Assembly (NCBI GenBank): GCA_036396535.1
Contig: DASWKR010000083.1
Location: forward strand, 17,492-81,491
Reading direction: 5' to 3'
DNA length: 64,000 nucleotides
DNA from: Acidimicrobiia bacterium
GTDB lineage: Bacteria; Actinomycetota; Acidimicrobiia; Spongiisociales; UBA5794
The position numbers were made by a program, and so were the translations under genes. This document shows positions 47,354-58,477 of the stretch, one piece after another. Below the pieces are notes generated by a model. That model saw only the letters and a list, made by a program, of their open reading frames with translations, was not told the DNA's origin and ran no database searches. Position 1 is the first letter of the stretch, and each line of letters opens with the position of its first letter.

Positions 47354-48886
47354 CTGAATCGGAGAGCGATCATCGTCGCCGCCTTGGCGGCGCTGGCGGT
47401 CCAGGCATGTGCCGGGCCGGTTTCCATGATTGCGGGCGAGGGCGTTCGGACGCCCGATCCACCTCCGCCCGAGATCGCCGTGACCGTGCTGGCGGCCGAC
47501 GACCTCACCCCGGTCGACGCCGACGTGACCGTCGCCGGACGCATGCTCGAGCACGACGAGTCGGGCCGCGCCATCGTCGAATGGCACGACGCGCCTCTCG
47601 AGCTGACGATCGGCGCTCAGGGATTCCACCCGGCCACCTTCCCGATCGTGGTCCTGCCGGTGGGTCTCGAGACCGAGGTGCGTCTCGACCCTGTGGTGCT
47701 CAACGGAACGGTCGTCACCCCGGATGGACGTGCCCTCCCTGCCGCCACCGTGACCCTCGGGGGAGAAGAGACCACGACCAACAAGAACGGGCGCTTCTCC
47801 TTCGTCAGGGCTCATGGAAGCGAGCTCGTGCTCACCCGGCCGGCGTGGGAGCCGCAAACCGTCGTGTGGGACGGCACGGAAGAGCGCATGGAGATCTCGA
47901 TGCAGCCCCGCATGATCCGGGCGCTGCGCGTCGGCGGCGACAAGCCGGGCGACCCCGCCGTGTGGGATCACCTCCTCGACTTGGCCGGCGAGTCCGGCGT
48001 CAACGCCTTCGTGATCGACACGAAGGACGAGGGGGGGACGATCTTCTGGGACATGGAGCTCGCCCTGGCGCACGAGGTGGGCGCCGTCGACGTCAGGTAC
48101 GACATCGACCAGGTGATCGCCGACATGGACGAGCTCGACCTCTACAAGATCACGAGGATCACGACGTTCCAGGACGACTTCCTTCCGCGCGCCCAGCCCG
48201 AGCTCGCCGCCCGGAACAAGAACACCGGCCGGCCATGGGAGAACAACAACGGGGTCACATGGCTCGACGCAACCGATCCCGCCTCGTGGGACTACCCGCT
48301 GGCCGTTGCCCAAGAGGCGTGCCGGCGAGGCTTCGACGAGATCCAGTTCGACTACGTCCGCTTCCCGTCGGACGGGGACATCTCGGTGCTCGAGTTCGAC
48401 GAGCTGACCTCTGACGCCTACTACAGCGAGCCCAAGCAGCAGAGGCGGATCGAGACGATCAGCGCATTCCTCGAGAAGGCCCACGGCCTGCTCAACCCGA
48501 TGGGGTGCGCGGTGGCGGCCGACATCTTCGCCATCACGCTCGGGAGCCCGAGCGACGAAGGCATCGGCCAGCAGCCGGGACCCCTCTCGAGCCACGTCGA
48601 CGTGCTGTCGCCGATGATCTACTCCTACACCTACCCACCCGGTTGGGGCGGCTACGACGACCCGAACGAGCACGTCGAGGAGCTGGTCACGAACACCCTC
48701 GACGCCGGGATCCCGAAGCTCGAGGGCTTCAGCATCTACCGGCCGTGGCTGCAGCGGGCCTTCATCACGGACGACGAGATCCTCTCGATCCAGCAGATCG
48801 CCGAGGATCGCGACATGGGGTGGATGCTGTGGTCGGCCAACACCGTGTTCGACCTGGGCCATCTTCCCCCGGTCATCGACCGGTGA
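47354..48886 (+). CDS. Lipoprotein: carboxypeptidase-regulatory-like domain plus putative glycoside hydrolase (DUF4015-like)
   Basis: Lipobox-like VQAC, LNGTVVTPDGRALPAATV, VIDTKDEGG, GFDEIQFDYVRFP; start approximate. Confidence 0.78.
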   Translation: MNRRAIIVAALAALAVQACAGPVSMIAGEGVRTPDPPPPEIAVTVLAADDLTPVDADVTVAGRMLEHDESGRAIVEWHDAPLELTIGAQGFHPATFPIVVLPVGLETEVRLDPVVLNGTVVTPDGRALPAATVTLGGEETTTNKNGRFSFVRAHGSELVLTRPAWEPQTVVWDGTEERMEISMQPRMIRALRVGGDKPGDPAVWDHLLDLAGESGVNAFVIDTKDEGGTIFWDMELALAHEVGAVDVRYDIDQVIADMDELDLYKITRITTFQDDFLPRAQPELAARNKNTGRPWENNNGVTWLDATDPASWDYPLAVAQEACRRGFDEIQFDYVRFPSDGDISVLEFDELTSDAYYSEPKQQRRIETISAFLEKAHGLLNPMGCAVAADIFAITLGSPSDEGIGQQPGPLSSHVDVLSPMIYSYTYPPGWGGYDDPNEHVEELVTNTLDAGIPKLEGFSIYRPWLQRAFITDDEILSIQQIAEDRDMGWMLWSANTVFDLGHLPPVIDR

Positions 48887-49560
48887 CGCTCGGAGACCTC
48901 GAAGCCGATCTCATCGAGTGCGTGCGGTGCCCGCGCCTCGTCGAGTGGCGCCAGCGCGTCGCCTCCGAGAAACGGGCGGCGTTCGCCGATGAGCAGTATT
49001 GGGGTCGTCCCGTTCCCGGATTCGGCGACCCGGAGGCGAGGCTCGTCATCGTCGGCCTTGCCCCGGCAGCCCACGGAGCGAACCGGACCGGGAGGATGTT
49101 CACGGGTGACCGGTCGGGGGACTGGCTCTACAGAGCCCTCTACCGCGCCGGGTTCTCGTCACACGAGCGTTCGGTCAGGCGAGACTCCGATCTCGTGCTG
49201 ACGGATGCCTGGGTGACCGCGGCGGTCAAGTGCGCCCCTCCGGGGAACCGTCCCGCCCCGTCCGAGAGAGACAACTGCGCGGCCTGGCTCCACGCCGAGC
49301 TCGACATGCTGCGTGCCGGTCGGGTATTCCTTGCCCTGGGTGCCTTCGGCTATCAGGCGGTGTGGGCGTACCTCTCACAGCGGGCGACCGTGCCGAAGCC
49401 GCGGCCCCGCTTCGCACACGGGCTCGCAACGCCGCTCGCCGACGGGAGGCACGTGCTGGCGTCCTACCACCCGAGCCAGCAGAACACGTTCACCGGGCGC
49501 CTCACCGAGGAGATGCTCGACGCCGCCTTGCGCAGGGCTGCCGAGCTCGTCGCTACCTGA
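48883..49560 (+). CDS. udgB: Uracil-DNA glycosylase family 5 (4Fe-4S)
   Basis: CVRCPRL, GLAPAAHGANRTGRMFTGD, KCAPPGN, YHPSQQNT. Confidence 0.9.
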   Translation: MTLGDLEADLIECVRCPRLVEWRQRVASEKRAAFADEQYWGRPVPGFGDPEARLVIVGLAPAAHGANRTGRMFTGDRSGDWLYRALYRAGFSSHERSVRRDSDLVLTDAWVTAAVKCAPPGNRPAPSERDNCAAWLHAELDMLRAGRVFLALGAFGYQAVWAYLSQRATVPKPRPRFAHGLATPLADGRHVLASYHPSQQNTFTGRLTEEMLDAALRRAAELVAT

Positions 49561-50140
49561 TCACGCTCGCCAGTTCGAGCGTCTTCAGATAGCGATCCTG
49601 GGACGCCAGCAAGTAGCTGAACGGGTTGCGGGCCACCCCGTCGCGGTGCAATTCGAAGTGGATGTGTGCAGACGCCGACTCGGCGTTGCCCGAGTCACCG
49701 ACGTAGGCGACGATCTCGCCGGCTGAGACGAAGTCGCCGACCTCGATGCCTGCGGCGAACGCCGTGGCGGCACCTCCTTCACCGTCGTCGGTGCCCGGGG
49801 TGTCGTTGTCGAGGTGCATGTACCACGTCTCGAAACCGTCTGCGTGTCGGGTGTACAGAGCCCATCCGGACGTCGGCCCGTATTTCATCTGCTCCACGAA
49901 CCCGTCGGCAACCGCCAGGATCGGGGTCCCCTTCGGGCTGAAGACGTCGGTGCCGCGGTGGCTCCTCCCGCCGGAGCGCGAGTCCCCCCAGTCGTTCGTG
50001 AAGTGGACGTCGAGGTCGTCGATCGGGAAATAGGCGAGCACGAAGTCCTCGTCCGCGGAGCCGGCGGCGCCTGCCGCCGTCGCCAGCACGCCAGTCGACG
50101 CCAGGACGATGGCGAGCAAGATCGAGAGTCTGCGGATCAT
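49553..50140 (-). CDS. Secreted M23 family metallopeptidase
   Basis: Signal peptide, HRGTD, YMHL, HIHFE. Confidence 0.9.
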   Translation of the reverse strand: MIRRLSILLAIVLASTGVLATAAGAAGSADEDFVLAYFPIDDLDVHFTNDWGDSRSGGRSHRGTDVFSPKGTPILAVADGFVEQMKYGPTSGWALYTRHADGFETWYMHLDNDTPGTDDGEGGAATAFAAGIEVGDFVSAGEIVAYVGDSGNAESASAHIHFELHRDGVARNPFSYLLASQDRYLKTLELASVIR

Positions 50141-50313
50141 CGGGAGATACCCCAGGATGAGGAAGGGCGCCGATGGCAGGGGCGCCGATGTGGAGCGAGA
50201 CCATACGCTCGTCACTCTCCGTAGCCAAATCCGCCGCCCAGCCGGAACGGGTCTCTTTGGGCTGCGATCACGGCGCCCTCTATCCTTCGAGGCAACCCCG
50301 AGGAGCCCTCTCT

Positions 50314-51591
50314 TTGTCACGACTCGACCACGAAGCCATGCAGCGCGCCTCCATCGCCGGGCCGGGAGGCCTGGCAAGGCGCCGCCAGCAGGCGTGGGAG
50401 ATCTACGAGAAGCTCGCGATGCCGTCGTCGACCGAGGAGGTGTGGCGCTACGTCGACCTCGACTTCGATCTCGCAGAGCTGGAGCTGGCGAATGGCGCCG
50501 GCATCCCCCTCTCCCGGCCCGAGGACGGAATCGCCGCCGGCATCGGCAACCCTTCCGGAGTCGCCTCCATCGTCGACGGCACGGTGACGACGGCCCAATC
50601 TGCATCGGCGGCCACCGTGACATCGGTGGGAGAGGTCGGTGACGATGGCTGGATCGACGCTCGATACGGCACTCTCGTGCACGCAGACCTCGACAAGTTC
50701 TCCGCCGCACACGTCGCCTTCTCGCACGACGGCCTGGTCGTCAAGGTACCGTCGGGGGTCGCACTGGCCGAGCCGGTCTACGTCGACGTCCAGGCGACCG
50801 GTGACGCTCTCTCGCTGCCGCACGTCGTCGTGGACTGCGAGGACGGCGCCGAGGCGTCCGTCGTCGTGAACTACCGGTCCGGAGACGAAACGGCTGCCGT
50901 CGTCGTGCCGCACCTCGAGCTCCATCTCGGGGACGGAGTCAATCTCGCCGTCTCACTCGTGCAGAATTGGGGCTACCGCACCGTAGGGATCGCCCAGGCT
51001 CGCGCCAGGGTCGGGCGGGACTCGACGCTTCGGCTCGCCGAGGCGGGGCTGGGGGGGAAGCTCGCCAGGTTCCAGCTCGCCATCGACCTGGAGGGCCGGG
51101 GCTCGAGCGCACACGTCATCGGCGCCTACTTCGGCGAGCGGGATCAGGTACTCGACTATCGCTACCTCATGCACCACGCCGGCCTCAACACGAGCTCGGA
51201 CATGTTCCTCAAGGGGGCTGTCGAGGACACGGCGCTCTCCGTGTTCACCGGCCTGATCCGCATCGACGAGGGGGCGCAGCGAACCGACGCCTATCAGACG
51301 AACCGCAATCTGATACTCAGCGAGGGGGCAGCCGCTCAATCAGTCCCGAACCTCGAGATCCTGGCCAACGACGTCAAGTGTGGCCACGGTTCGACGGTCG
51401 GCCCGCTCGACGCCGAGCAGCGCTACTACTTGATGAGCCGGGGCCTCGAGCGCACCGCCGCCGACCGGCTGCAGGTGCGGGGCTTCTTCGAGGACGCCCT
51501 GGGTCGTTTTCCCGACCAGCGGGTCGCCGAGCCGATCAGGCGCTGGATCAACGGCAAGTTCCTCACGGCGCAACGCGAGGGAAGGGTCTGA
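50314..51591 (+). CDS. sufD: Fe-S cluster assembly protein SufD
   Basis: TEEVWRY, VFTGLIRID, QTNRNL, SVPNLEILANDVKCGHG, YYLMSRG; AGGAG RBS before TTG. Confidence 0.92.
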   Translation: MSRLDHEAMQRASIAGPGGLARRRQQAWEIYEKLAMPSSTEEVWRYVDLDFDLAELELANGAGIPLSRPEDGIAAGIGNPSGVASIVDGTVTTAQSASAATVTSVGEVGDDGWIDARYGTLVHADLDKFSAAHVAFSHDGLVVKVPSGVALAEPVYVDVQATGDALSLPHVVVDCEDGAEASVVVNYRSGDETAAVVVPHLELHLGDGVNLAVSLVQNWGYRTVGIAQARARVGRDSTLRLAEAGLGGKLARFQLAIDLEGRGSSAHVIGAYFGERDQVLDYRYLMHHAGLNTSSDMFLKGAVEDTALSVFTGLIRIDEGAQRTDAYQTNRNLILSEGAAAQSVPNLEILANDVKCGHGSTVGPLDAEQRYYLMSRGLERTAADRLQVRGFFEDALGRFPDQRVAEPIRRWINGKFLTAQREGRV

Positions 51592-51923
51592 TGGAGCCGC
51601 GGCGCATCGCCAACCTCTCGGACCTGCCGGACGGGCGCGGGGTTCGCGTCGAGATCGGCGAGCACCGCATCGCCGTGTTTCGCATCGGGGACGACGTCTA
51701 TGCGATCGGCGACAGGTGCAGCCACGCCGAGGCGTCCCTCGCCGAGGGGGAGCTCTTCGACTACGAGGTCGAGTGCCCGAGGCACGGATCCGCGTTCGAC
51801 GTTCGCACCGGTCAGCCGGGGGCGCTCCCGGCGACGAAGCCGGTCCCCGTGTATGCCGTCACCGTCGACGACGCCGGCGACGTGTACCTCGCTGTCGAGT
51901 CCGTCGCCGAGGAGGCCCGATGA
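51591..51923 (+). CDS. Rieske-type ferredoxin (SUF-associated)
   Basis: CSHAEASL and CPRHGSAF Rieske motifs; coupled to sufD. Confidence 0.92.
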   Translation: MEPRRIANLSDLPDGRGVRVEIGEHRIAVFRIGDDVYAIGDRCSHAEASLAEGELFDYEVECPRHGSAFDVRTGQPGALPATKPVPVYAVTVDDAGDVYLAVESVAEEAR

Positions 51924-52684
51924 CCGCCGCCCTCCGTGTCGGTGACCTCCACGCCGGCGTCGGCAACGTCCGCATCCTCAAGGGCGTCGACCTCGAGGTG
52001 CCGTTTGGCGAGGTGCACGCCCTCATGGGCCCCAACGGGTCTGGCAAATCGACCTTGTGCCACGTGCTCATGGGCAAGGACGAGTTCGACGCCGAGGGCT
52101 CGGCGGCGGTCGACGGCACGGAGCTGCTCGGACTCGGCGTCGACGAGCGTGCCAGGGCAGGGTTGTTCGAGGCGTTCCAGTACCCCGTCGAGGTGCCCGG
52201 TGTGACACTCGACGACCTGCTCGGGGAGATGCGATCCGCCCTCGAGATCGGGGACTTCGACGAGCGCGTCTCCGATGCCACCGAGCGCCTCGGCATGGAG
52301 CGCTTTCGGGGGCGTTCGCTCAACCTCGGTCTTTCCGGCGGGGAGAAGAAGCGATCCGAGATGTTCCAGCTGTCCGTCGCGGCCCCGAAGGTAGCGATCC
52401 TCGACGAGATCGATTCAGGCCTCGACGTCGACGCGGTGAGAGAGGTGGCAGGGCTCGTCGAAGGGCTCAGGTCGGACTCTCTCGGGCTCCTCATCATCAC
52501 GCACTACAGCCGCATCCTTCGCTACATGCGGCCCGACCGCGTCCACGTGATGATCGACGGCCGCATCGTGAAGTCGGGAGGGCCGGAGGTGGCCGAGGAG
52601 CTCGAGGCGACCGGCTACGACGAGCTGCGCAGTAGTCCCGGCTCCGATCCGGCGCCTCCCGAAGACACGACGGAGTTCCCCTGA
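51920..52684 (+). CDS. sufC: Fe-S cluster assembly ATPase SufC
   Basis: MGPNGSGKSTL, FQYPVEVPGV, LSGGEKKR, LDEIDSGLDVDA, ITHYSRIL. Confidence 0.93.
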   Translation: MTAALRVGDLHAGVGNVRILKGVDLEVPFGEVHALMGPNGSGKSTLCHVLMGKDEFDAEGSAAVDGTELLGLGVDERARAGLFEAFQYPVEVPGVTLDDLLGEMRSALEIGDFDERVSDATERLGMERFRGRSLNLGLSGGEKKRSEMFQLSVAAPKVAILDEIDSGLDVDAVREVAGLVEGLRSDSLGLLIITHYSRILRYMRPDRVHVMIDGRIVKSGGPEVAEELEATGYDELRSSPGSDPAPPEDTTEFP

Positions 52685-52687
52685 GTC

Positions 52688-53098
52688 ATGGCGGGCATCC
52701 ACTTCTCGAACCGTGAGGACGCCATCCAGTACCTGCGTGACCTCTCTCGCCTGTGGATCGGATGGCTCTTCGCGTTGGCGGCGCTGACGTTCACTCGGAG
52801 TTGGCTGACGATCGTCGCCGGGGTCGTCGTGTTGTGGGTGCTCTACAGGCTGGCCCGTCCTCTCCAGGAGCGTGTCGACAGGATCCTTCCCATCGAGGCC
52901 ACGGCTACGGTCGACGAAGCCCGGGGCCGCCGCACCGATCGGGATCGGCTGCTCCGTTCCCTCGCATACGGCGTCGAGCCGATACGCGAGGCCTCCGACC
53001 TGGCCGCCGTCGGCTCGCGGTGGCTGGTCATGCGGCACGTGATCCTCGCCGCCACTGCGGCTGCGTTCCTGCTCGTCATCGTCGATTTCGTCATCTGA
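52688..53098 (+). CDS. Hypothetical membrane protein
   Basis: Three hydrophobic segments; starts 4 nt after sufC. Confidence 0.65.
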   Translation: MAGIHFSNREDAIQYLRDLSRLWIGWLFALAALTFTRSWLTIVAGVVVLWVLYRLARPLQERVDRILPIEATATVDEARGRRTDRDRLLRSLAYGVEPIREASDLAAVGSRWLVMRHVILAATAAAFLLVIVDFVI

Positions 53099-53150
53099 GA
53101 GGCTCGGCAAGGCGGATTAGGCTCGCAAGCGGCGGCGAGTCAGGAGCGGC

Positions 53151-54539
53151 GTGCGCATCGAGCGCGATTCGATGGGCGAGGTGAGCGTCCCCGATGGGGC
53201 GTACTACGGCGCGTCGACGCAGCGCGCCGTCGAGAACTTCCCCATCTCCGATCTCCGCTTCAGCAGGCGGTTCATCTGGGCGATCGGCCTGCTGAAGGGG
53301 GCGGCGGCGAGGGTCTCGGCAGCGGCGGGGCATCTCGATCCGGACCACGCAGGCGCCATCGCCGGAGCGGCCGACGAGGTTCGAGACGGTGCGCTCGACG
53401 ACGAGTTCGTCCTCGACATCTTCCAGACCGGTTCGGGGACGTCGACCAACACCAACGCCAACGAGGTGATCGCCAACAGAGCGACCGAGCTGCTTGGAGG
53501 AGAGCTCGGCTCGAAGCTCGTCCACCCGAACGACGAGGTCAATTTCGGGCAATCCTCGAACGACGTCATCCCGTCTGCGATACACGTGGCGGCCGTCGCC
53601 GCCATCCGGGAAGAGCTCCTCCCTGCCCTCGACGGCCTCGCCAGGGCTCTGCGAGCCAAGTCGGCAGAGTTCACCGATGTCGTCAAGTCGGGTCGCACCC
53701 ACCTCATGGACGCCACTCCGGTCACGGTCGGCCAGGAGTTCGGCGGCTACGCCACCCAGGTGGAGAAGGGGGCCAATCGGATCGAGCGGGTGTTGGAGGA
53801 GCTCGAGGAGTTGGCGCTCGGCGGCACGGCCGTCGGAACCGGGCTCAACGCCCCTGACGGCTTCCCAGCCGCCGTCATCGTCGAGATGGCGCGGGTGACC
53901 GGTTACGCCTTCCGCGAGGCAGAGGACCATTTCGAGGCGCAAGGTGCCAAGGACGCCGTGGTCAGCGCCTCCGGGGCCCTCAAGACGGTCGCCCAGTCGC
54001 TTTTCAAGATCGCCAACGACCTGCGCTGGATGGGGAGCGGACCGCGCACCGGCATCGCCGAGATCAGGCTGCCGTCACTGCAACCGGGCTCGTCGATCAT
54101 GCCCGGCAAGGTGAACCCGGTGATGGCCGAGATGATGATGCAGGTGGCCGCGCAGGTGATCGGGAACGACACGACGATCACGTGGGCGGGTGCCAACGGC
54201 AATTTCGAGCTGAACGTCATGATGCCGGTCATGGCCCACAACCTGCTCGAGTCGATCTCGTTGCTCGCCAATGCCGCAGACACGTTCCGGGAGCGGTGCA
54301 TCGAGGGCATCGAGGCAGACGTCGAGCGTGCCAGGGAGCTGGCCGAGCGCAACATCATCGTGGTGACCGCGCTCAACCCCCACATCGGCTACGACAAGGG
54401 GGCGGTCGCCGCCAAGGAGGCGTTCGCCTCGGGCCGCAACGTGCGAGACGTCGTCATCGAGAAGGGCTGGCTGACTGCCGAGCAGGTCGACGAGTTGCTC
54501 GACCTGAAGCGACTCACCGAAGGGGGAGTCGTCGAGTAG
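53151..54539 (+). CDS. fumC: Class II fumarate hydratase
   Basis: [37 protein letters not shown]. Confidence 0.94.
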   Translation: MRIERDSMGEVSVPDGAYYGASTQRAVENFPISDLRFSRRFIWAIGLLKGAAARVSAAAGHLDPDHAGAIAGAADEVRDGALDDEFVLDIFQTGSGTSTNTNANEVIANRATELLGGELGSKLVHPNDEVNFGQSSNDVIPSAIHVAAVAAIREELLPALDGLARALRAKSAEFTDVVKSGRTHLMDATPVTVGQEFGGYATQVEKGANRIERVLEELEELALGGTAVGTGLNAPDGFPAAVIVEMARVTGYAFREAEDHFEAQGAKDAVVSASGALKTVAQSLFKIANDLRWMGSGPRTGIAEIRLPSLQPGSSIMPGKVNPVMAEMMMQVAAQVIGNDTTITWAGANGNFELNVMMPVMAHNLLESISLLANAADTFRERCIEGIEADVERARELAERNIIVVTALNPHIGYDKGAVAAKEAFASGRNVRDVVIEKGWLTAEQVDELLDLKRLTEGGVVE

Positions 54540-54557
54540 GTCTCTGGTCCCACTCTC

Positions 54558-54605
54558 GTTCGTGCGTCCCCTCATCGCATGTGTGCGATGCAGGGACGCA
54601 AGAAC
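54558..54605 (+). repeat. REP-like palindromic element, copy 1
   Basis: GTTCGTGCGTCCCCTCATCGCA-TGTG-TGCGATGCAGGGACGCAAGAAC. Confidence 0.88.
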
Positions 54606-54617
54606 GGAAGGGGACGG

Positions 54618-55205
54618 TCAGGCGCCGACCGGTTCGGCGGACGTCGGGGCGAACGCCAGCAGGGCGATCAAACCGTGCATCGCCACGAGCAGGCTCACAG
54701 CCATCGGGGCGTATTCGGGGTCGACGTTCATTGGCGTGAGGTTGACGACCACCCCGTAAGCGAAGCCGACCGCGCCGACGCTGAGGGCGAGCGTGCTGCC
54801 GGACAACTCCAGGAGCCGGGCGATCCCGCCGAGCTTGTTCAGTTTGCCGAGGGCGAACAAGAGGGTGAAGGCGCCTTGGACGATCGGGACGAGTGCGAAC
54901 GGGAGCATCGTCGCCGGGTGCTCCGTCATGAGGGCGTACGCACCCAGCACGATGGTCCCGACGGCGGCGACGAGGAGGGACATCGTGACGACGACGGTTC
55001 TCATGAGTGCACCTCCAAGGAGCGAGCGTGGGTCGTGGACCGCCTGTGATGCGATGGCCCGGCCGGCGATCGGAAGAGCGCCGAGCATCCAGCGAAGTCG
55101 CGCCGCCCGACCCTCGATCGACGCCCCTTCGCTGTCGTGCGCCAGGAGCCACTCACGATGCGGCTCGGGAATCAGCCGTGCGATGGCGCGGTGGAGGCGG
55201 CTCAC
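54618..55205 (-). CDS. Hypothetical membrane protein (PadR partner)
   Basis: Four TM segments; GTG overlaps the PadR stop. Confidence 0.72.
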   Translation of the reverse strand: MSRLHRAIARLIPEPHREWLLAHDSEGASIEGRAARLRWMLGALPIAGRAIASQAVHDPRSLLGGALMRTVVVTMSLLVAAVGTIVLGAYALMTEHPATMLPFALVPIVQGAFTLLFALGKLNKLGGIARLLELSGSTLALSVGAVGFAYGVVVNLTPMNVDPEYAPMAVSLLVAMHGLIALLAFAPTSAEPVGA

Positions 55206-55501
55206 GCGCGACCCTCCGCGGTTCGCGGAACCAGGCGCCGGGCCTCGGCGGCGGTGGCCACGGCGAGCCCGGTGGACGTGAGCCGGTAGGAGTGGCGGGG
55301 CGGCCTCCCGTCGACCCCGTCTTCCCATCGCGATTCGAGGTGACGCCGGTCTGCCAGCCGGATCAGGATCGGGTAGAGCGAACCGGATGCCAGGCCCGTC
55401 TCCCGAGCGAGGTCGTAACCGTGTCGCCACGCGGCCGGGTCGGCGGCGAGTGCGGCGAGAACCTTCCGGGTCTGCGGTGACGGTTTTCTGTCACGAGGCA
55501 T
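55202..55501 (-). CDS. PadR family transcriptional regulator
   Basis: HGYDLARETGLASGSLYPILIRL...PRHSYRLTSTG. Confidence 0.92.
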   Translation of the reverse strand: MPRDRKPSPQTRKVLAALAADPAAWRHGYDLARETGLASGSLYPILIRLADRRHLESRWEDGVDGRPPRHSYRLTSTGLAVATAAEARRLVPRTAEGRA

Positions 55502-55505
55502 GTCG

Positions 55506-55527
55506 TAACTCTACATATATAGAGTTA
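55506..55527. promoter_or_regulatory. AT-rich inverted repeat TAACTCTA-catata-TAGAGTTA, probable PadR autoregulatory operator overlapping the -10
   Basis: 8-bp perfect arms, 5 nt upstream of the PadR ATG. Confidence 0.7.
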
Positions 55528-55539
55528 GGCTGTCCACTC

Positions 55540-55587
55540 GTTCGTGCGTCCCCTCATCGCATGTGTGCGATGCAGGGACGCAGGAAC
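55540..55587 (+). repeat. REP-like palindromic element, copy 2
   Basis: One base different from copy 1 over 48 nt, same orientation, 982 bp downstream. Confidence 0.88.
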
Positions 55588-55599
55588 GGAAGGGGGACA

Positions 55600-58341
<2,742 letters not shown>

Positions 58342-58399
58342 CTGTTCGTTCCTCGCGTCGTGGCTGGGTTCGTCTCCTCAGTAGAACAAACTCTACAGA

Positions 58400-58436
58400 G
58401 AGGCCCCGATCCCCCTCGCGGAGAAATCGGGGCCTC
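58400..58436 (-). terminator. Hairpin downstream of the ECF-GerMN operon and upstream of acnA
   Basis: GAGGCCCCGAT...ATCGGGGCCTC 11-bp stem, followed on the minus strand by a T-rich tract. Confidence 0.55.
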
Positions 58437-58477
58437 GATTGGCAGCGCTGGAAAGAACCAACGTTCTTGCGACGTGC

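Noticed and set aside
50161-50300. c-di-AMP, c-di-GMP or SAM riboswitch
   Set aside because: The conserved core motifs could not be found on either strand; kept only as a generic structured-leader candidate.
58389-58397. AACTCTACA upstream of acnA resembling the PadR operator half-site
   Set aside because: Explained as a shared -10 hexamer (TAGAGT on the minus strand); the second half-site is missing.
58400-58436. Iron-responsive element in the acnA leader
   Set aside because: No CAGUGN loop or C-bulge on the sense strand; position and T-rich tail fit a terminator of the upstream operon better.
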